From positions 1,792,001 through 1,856,000 of the forward strand of contig CAVZZO010000001.1 of NCBI GenBank assembly GCA_963779755.1: a stretch of DNA of 64,000 nt, read 5' to 3'. Positions 60,508-64,000 of this stretch are shown here, piece after piece. The DNA comes from an uncultured Gemmatimonadales bacterium. Its GTDB lineage: Bacteria; Gemmatimonadota; Gemmatimonadetes; Gemmatimonadales; GWC2-71-9. The position numbers and the translations under genes are program-made. Within the stretch, counting starts at the first letter, position 1, and each line of letters begins with the position of its first letter. Under the pieces are notes generated by a model. The model was not told where the DNA came from, searched no databases, and saw only the letters and a list, made by a program, of their open reading frames with translations.

Positions 60508-61385
60508 TGCCGCTGCCGAGCCCGCTTTCCCGCGACGTCTTCGGCACCACATTCCAGAATCCCATCCTGCTGGCCTCCGGTACTGCGGGCTTCGGCCGGG
60601 AGCTCGCCGGCGTCGTGGATCTCGAGCGGCTGGGCGGCCTGGTCACCAAGGCGGTTTCCCGGGAACCGCGGGCCGGCAATGCGGCTCCGCGAGTGGCCGA
60701 ATTCCACGGCGGCATGATGAACTCCGTCGGACTCGCCAACCCGGGACTGGAGCGGGTGCGCCGCGACGAACTGCCCTGGCTGGCCCGGCACCTGCGGCGC
60801 GCCCGGGTCCTGGTGAATGTGGTGGGCTTTACCGTCGAGGAATATGCCGAGGTGGTGGCCGGCCTCGAGGACGTGGAGGGGATCGCCGCCCTGGAGCTCA
60901 ACCTGTCCTGTCCCAACACCTCCGCCGGCGGCATCGAATTCGGGGCCGAGCCGGGCACGGTGCGGGCCATCGTAGCCGGATGCCGCCGCGCCACCCGCCG
61001 TCCGCTCATCGCCAAGCTGTCGCCGGTTCTGCCGGATATCGCCGGCATGGCTCTGGTGGCCCGGGACGCGGGTGCCGATGGCGTGACGGTCGTCAACACC
61101 CTCCCCGGGTTCCTGCTGGGCGACGACGGCCGGCCCCGGCTGGGCAACGGCACGGGTGGGATCAGCGGGCCGGCCCTGCTGCCCGTCGGGGTGCTGGCCA
61201 CCCGGCGTATCGTGGAACGTTCCGGAGGGATGCCGGTGATCGGGGTGGGCGGCGTGCGCACCGCGGCCGATGCGCGGCAGTACCTCGATGCCGGCGCGTC
61301 CCTGGTCGCTGTCGGCACGGCGGCCATGGCCGATCCCCGCGTCCCCGAACGTATCATTCGCGATCTGGAGACCGGCCGTGGCTGA
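60507..61385 (+). CDS. pyrD: Dihydroorotate dehydrogenase, family 1 (1B-like)
   Basis: NP..LASGT.GFG, NSVGL.NPG, ELNLSCPN, KLSP, GGISGP, IGVGG. Confidence 0.93.
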   Translation: MPLPSPLSRDVFGTTFQNPILLASGTAGFGRELAGVVDLERLGGLVTKAVSREPRAGNAAPRVAEFHGGMMNSVGLANPGLERVRRDELPWLARHLRRARVLVNVVGFTVEEYAEVVAGLEDVEGIAALELNLSCPNTSAGGIEFGAEPGTVRAIVAGCRRATRRPLIAKLSPVLPDIAGMALVARDAGADGVTVVNTLPGFLLGDDGRPRLGNGTGGISGPALLPVGVLATRRIVERSGGMPVIGVGGVRTAADARQYLDAGASLVAVGTAAMADPRVPERIIRDLETGRG

Positions 61386-62058
61386 AGTCATCCTGGCGCT
61401 GGATGTTCCCGACGCGGAGCAGGGCGAGCGGCTGCTGGACCGGCTTCCCCGGCTCCGCTGGGTCAAGGTCGGCTCGGTCCTCATGACCCGCGAGGGCCCG
61501 GATCTGCTGCGGCGGCTCGCCGGCCGCGGGCTCAAGGTGTTCCTCGATCTCAAGTGGCACGATATTCCCAACACGGTGGCGGGCGCTGTGGAGGCCGCCG
61601 CGGCGCAGGGCGTGGCCCTGGCGACGCTCCACGTTGCAGGCGGCGAAGATATGATCCGGGCCGCGGTGCGCGCCGCCGGTCCCGATCTGGCCCTGGCCGG
61701 TGTGACAGTGCTGACCTCTCACGATGACAAATCCTACGCCCGGGTCACGGGCAGGGAGCAGGTAACCATCTCCGGCGAAGTCCTCCGCCTGGCGAGCCTG
61801 GGCATGGCAGCCGGCCTCCGTGGCGTGGTCTGCTCGCCGGGCGAGGTCGCGCCGGTTCGCGAGCGCCTGGGCGCCGGGGCGTGGATCGTTGTGCCCGGTA
61901 TCCGCCGCGCTGCGGATGCGGCCGGCGACCAGGCCCGTGTCGGTCCTCCCGGCCCTGCGGTCCGGGCCGGGGCCACCCACCTGGTCGTGGGCCGGCCCAT
62001 CCTGCGGGCCCCCGACCCGGCCGCCGCGCTGGAGGAGTTCCAGGAGGCCGCGCGATGA
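61378..62058 (+). CDS. pyrF: Orotidine-5'-phosphate decarboxylase
   Basis: ILALD, KVG, FLDLKWHDIPNTV, VTVLTS, VPGIR, DQ.R, VVGRPI; GTG start at 61378. Confidence 0.95.
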   Translation: MAEVILALDVPDAEQGERLLDRLPRLRWVKVGSVLMTREGPDLLRRLAGRGLKVFLDLKWHDIPNTVAGAVEAAAAQGVALATLHVAGGEDMIRAAVRAAGPDLALAGVTVLTSHDDKSYARVTGREQVTISGEVLRLASLGMAAGLRGVVCSPGEVAPVRERLGAGAWIVVPGIRRAADAAGDQARVGPPGPAVRAGATHLVVGRPILRAPDPAAALEEFQEAAR

Positions 62059-62483
62059 GAGCCGGGCTCTCCTGGCTGGTCCTTGCCCTGGCCCTGCCGC
62101 TGCGGGCCGGCGCCCAGACCCCCTCGCTGCGTCCCGCCGCCGAGGCCGCCCGCCAGCACTGGCTGCACCAGGACCCCGAACAGCTGGTACAGGGGAGTCA
62201 GGGACTCCGGCTCCAGCTCCCCGGGGCCGATCCCTCGGGCACGCTGGACCGCCGCCAGGCCGCGGCGCTCCTGCGCGACTTCGTGCAGAACACCGAGGAA
62301 GTGGGGGTCGACATCCAGGATGCCCGCCAGGTGGGGGACGACCGGGGGTTCGTGGAGCTGCTGCGCCACTACCGGGTGAAGGGAACCCAGGAGATCAAGG
62401 AACAGTCGCTGTTCCTGAGCTATGCCCGGGAGGGGGAGGGGTGGATGCTGACCGAGCTCCGGGTGGCGGGCCGGGAGCATTGA
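62055..62483 (+). CDS. Secreted hypothetical protein
   Basis: ATGA overlap with the pyrF stop; signal peptide MRAGLSWLVLALALPLRAGAQ. Confidence 0.7.
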   Translation: MRAGLSWLVLALALPLRAGAQTPSLRPAAEAARQHWLHQDPEQLVQGSQGLRLQLPGADPSGTLDRRQAAALLRDFVQNTEEVGVDIQDARQVGDDRGFVELLRHYRVKGTQEIKEQSLFLSYAREGEGWMLTELRVAGREH

Positions 62484-62534
62484 GCCCGCCGCGGGGCGGG
62501 GAAAGCCCACCGGCCATGGGGCTTACCCGTTGCC

Positions 62535-62563
62535 TTGCATGCCCTTCAGGGCCCGCCTATATT
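62535..62563 (+). promoter_or_regulatory. Putative sigma70 promoter of the rpmJ-rpsM-rpsK-rpsD operon
   Basis: TTGCAT-N17-TATATT. Confidence 0.65.
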
Positions 62564-62601
62564 GGGGAGCTAACCCCTAACCTTGGGTTCTGGAGCGTCG
62601 A

Positions 62602-62718
62602 GTGAAGGTACGTTCAAGTGTGAAGCCGATCTGCGAGCACTGCAAGGTGATCAAACGCGCGGGAGTCACGCGCGTCATCTGCAAGCGAAACCCCAAGCAC
62701 AAGCAGCGGCAGGGCTGA
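62602..62718 (+). CDS. rpmJ: 50S ribosomal protein L36 (zinc-binding form), absent from the ORF track
   Basis: [44 protein letters not shown]. Confidence 0.97.
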   Translation: MKVRSSVKPICEHCKVIKRAGVTRVICKRNPKHKQRQG

Positions 62719-62719
62719 T

Positions 62720-63100
62720 ATGGCACGCATCGCTGGCGTGGATCTCCCGCGGGAAAAGCGGGTCGAGATCGCGCTCACCTACATTTTCGGGGTCGGCCGG
62801 CCGACCAGCAACCGGATCCTGACCGACACGGGCGTGAGCCCGGACGTCCGGGTTCGCGACCTCAGCGACGCCGAGGTGGCGCGGCTGCGCCAGTACATCG
62901 AGCGCTCGCTCAAGGTCGAAGGCGCGCTGCGCACCGAAGTGGCGATGAATATCAAGCGCCTGATGGACATCGGCAGCTATCGCGGCATCCGGCACCGCCG
63001 CGGGCTCCCGGTGCGCGGGCAGCGGACTCATACCAATGCGCGGACCAAGAAGGGGCCGCGCCGGGCCATCGCGGGCAAGAAGAAGGCGACGAAGAAGTAA
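62720..63100 (+). CDS. rpsM: 30S ribosomal protein S13
   Basis: [33 protein letters not shown]. Confidence 0.98.
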   Translation: MARIAGVDLPREKRVEIALTYIFGVGRPTSNRILTDTGVSPDVRVRDLSDAEVARLRQYIERSLKVEGALRTEVAMNIKRLMDIGSYRGIRHRRGLPVRGQRTHTNARTKKGPRRAIAGKKKATKK

Positions 63101-63495
63101 TGACTGCACCTACCAGACCGGCGGGCGCCAAGCGCTCCAAGAAGGCCGCCGAGGCGGAAGCGATCGCGCACATCTCGGCGACATTCAACAACCTGCTGAT
63201 CACCATCACGGACCTGCGGGGCAACGCGATCACCTGGGGCAGCGCCGGCAAGGCGGGCTTCAAGGGGTCGAAGAAGTCCACCCCGTTCGCCGCCACGGTG
63301 GCGGCCGAGAACTGCGGGCGCGAGGCCATGAACCTCGGCGTGCGCCGGGTGCACGTACGGGTGCAGGGCCCCGGCAGCGGGCGCGAGTCGGCCATCCAGG
63401 CGCTGGCATCGGTGGGCCTGCGGGTGCTGTCCATCCGCGACGTCACGCCGATTCCGCACAACGGCTGCCGTCCGCCCAAGAAGCGGAGGGTCTGA
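63100..63495 (+). CDS. rpsK: 30S ribosomal protein S11
   Basis: [44 protein letters not shown]. Confidence 0.98.
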   Translation: MTAPTRPAGAKRSKKAAEAEAIAHISATFNNLLITITDLRGNAITWGSAGKAGFKGSKKSTPFAATVAAENCGREAMNLGVRRVHVRVQGPGSGRESAIQALASVGLRVLSIRDVTPIPHNGCRPPKKRRV

Positions 63496-63498
63496 GCC

Positions 63499-64000
63499 AT
63501 GCGTTACATCGGACCCAGCTGCCGGCTCTGCCGGCGCGAAGGCACCAAGCTGTTCCTCAAGGGCACCCGCTGCCTCACCGAGAAGTGCGCCGTCGACCGC
63601 CGCGGCTACGCCCCCGGCCAGCATGGGCAGTCCAGCGGCCGCGGGCGCAAGGCCTCGGAGTACGCGCGCCAGCTGCGGGAAAAGCAGAAGGTCAAGCGCA
63701 CCTACGGGCTCTCGGAGCAGCAGTTCCGGAATCTGTTCGAGGCCGTCACCACCCTGCCGGGTGTGAAGGGCACCAACCTGCTGATTGCCCTGGAAAGCCG
63801 GCTCGACAATATCGTCTACCGCATGGGCTTCGCGCCCAGCCGCAAAGCGGCGCGCCAGCTGATCGGCCACGGCCATGTCGAGGTGAACGGCCGCAAGGTG
63901 GACGTGCCCTCGTATCAGGTGGTGCCGGGCGAAGAAGTCCGCGTCGCCGCCGGCAGCCGGGACCTCACCCTGGTCCGGGCCGCGCAGGAGCAGGCCGCCC
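63499..64000 (+). CDS. rpsD: 30S ribosomal protein S4, 3'-truncated by window edge
   Basis: [23 protein letters not shown]...[33 protein letters not shown]. Confidence 0.97.
   Translation, partial: MRYIGPSCRLCRREGTKLFLKGTRCLTEKCAVDRRGYAPGQHGQSSGRGRKASEYARQLREKQKVKRTYGLSEQQFRNLFEAVTTLPGVKGTNLLIALESRLDNIVYRMGFAPSRKAARQLIGHGHVEVNGRKVDVPSYQVVPGEEVRVAAGSRDLTLVRAAQEQAA

Overview
GC-rich bacterial chromosomal window, mostly core or housekeeping genes. Gene content and style suggest a Gemmatimonadota-like organism (inference). No CRISPR array, integrase, transposase or prophage is visible. Gene order: molybdopterin oxidoreductase (partial), tRNA-Ala, sodA; two glycoside hydrolases, a hybrid histidine kinase and a sugar ABC transporter; a two-component cluster followed by TonB x3, ExbB and ExbD x3; membrane pyrophosphatase, amino-acid permease and a GT39-like protein; a peptidoglycan-recycling cluster (kinase, SSS symporter, AmiE-like hydrolase, NagZ, NamZ) interrupted by iscA; CDP-alcohol phosphatidyltransferase plus ino1; 2-oxoacid dehydrogenase E1a/E1b/E2; a redox gene run (PHP, peroxiredoxin, SDR, Cys-rich unknown, trxB, MBL hydrolase); aspA, Rrf2, moeB, tRNA-Leu, smpB, amidase, pyrD, pyrF; and rpmJ-rpsM-rpsK-rpsD. 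Features the ORF track misses or mis-calls: a cysteine-free peroxiredoxin with an in-frame TGA at the catalytic position followed by a SECIS-like hairpin (probable selenoprotein); a hybrid kinase whose membrane domain resembles the queuosine-precursor transporter YhhQ/Vut_1; a 52-aa zinc-finger ORF; a CTG-initiated symporter; two divergent genes whose start codons overlap; Pho-box-like 11-bp-period repeats before two tonB genes; and about 16 intergenic elements built from different 7-9-nt repeat units, many arranged as inverted arms. All family calls come from reading motifs by eye, not from database searches.
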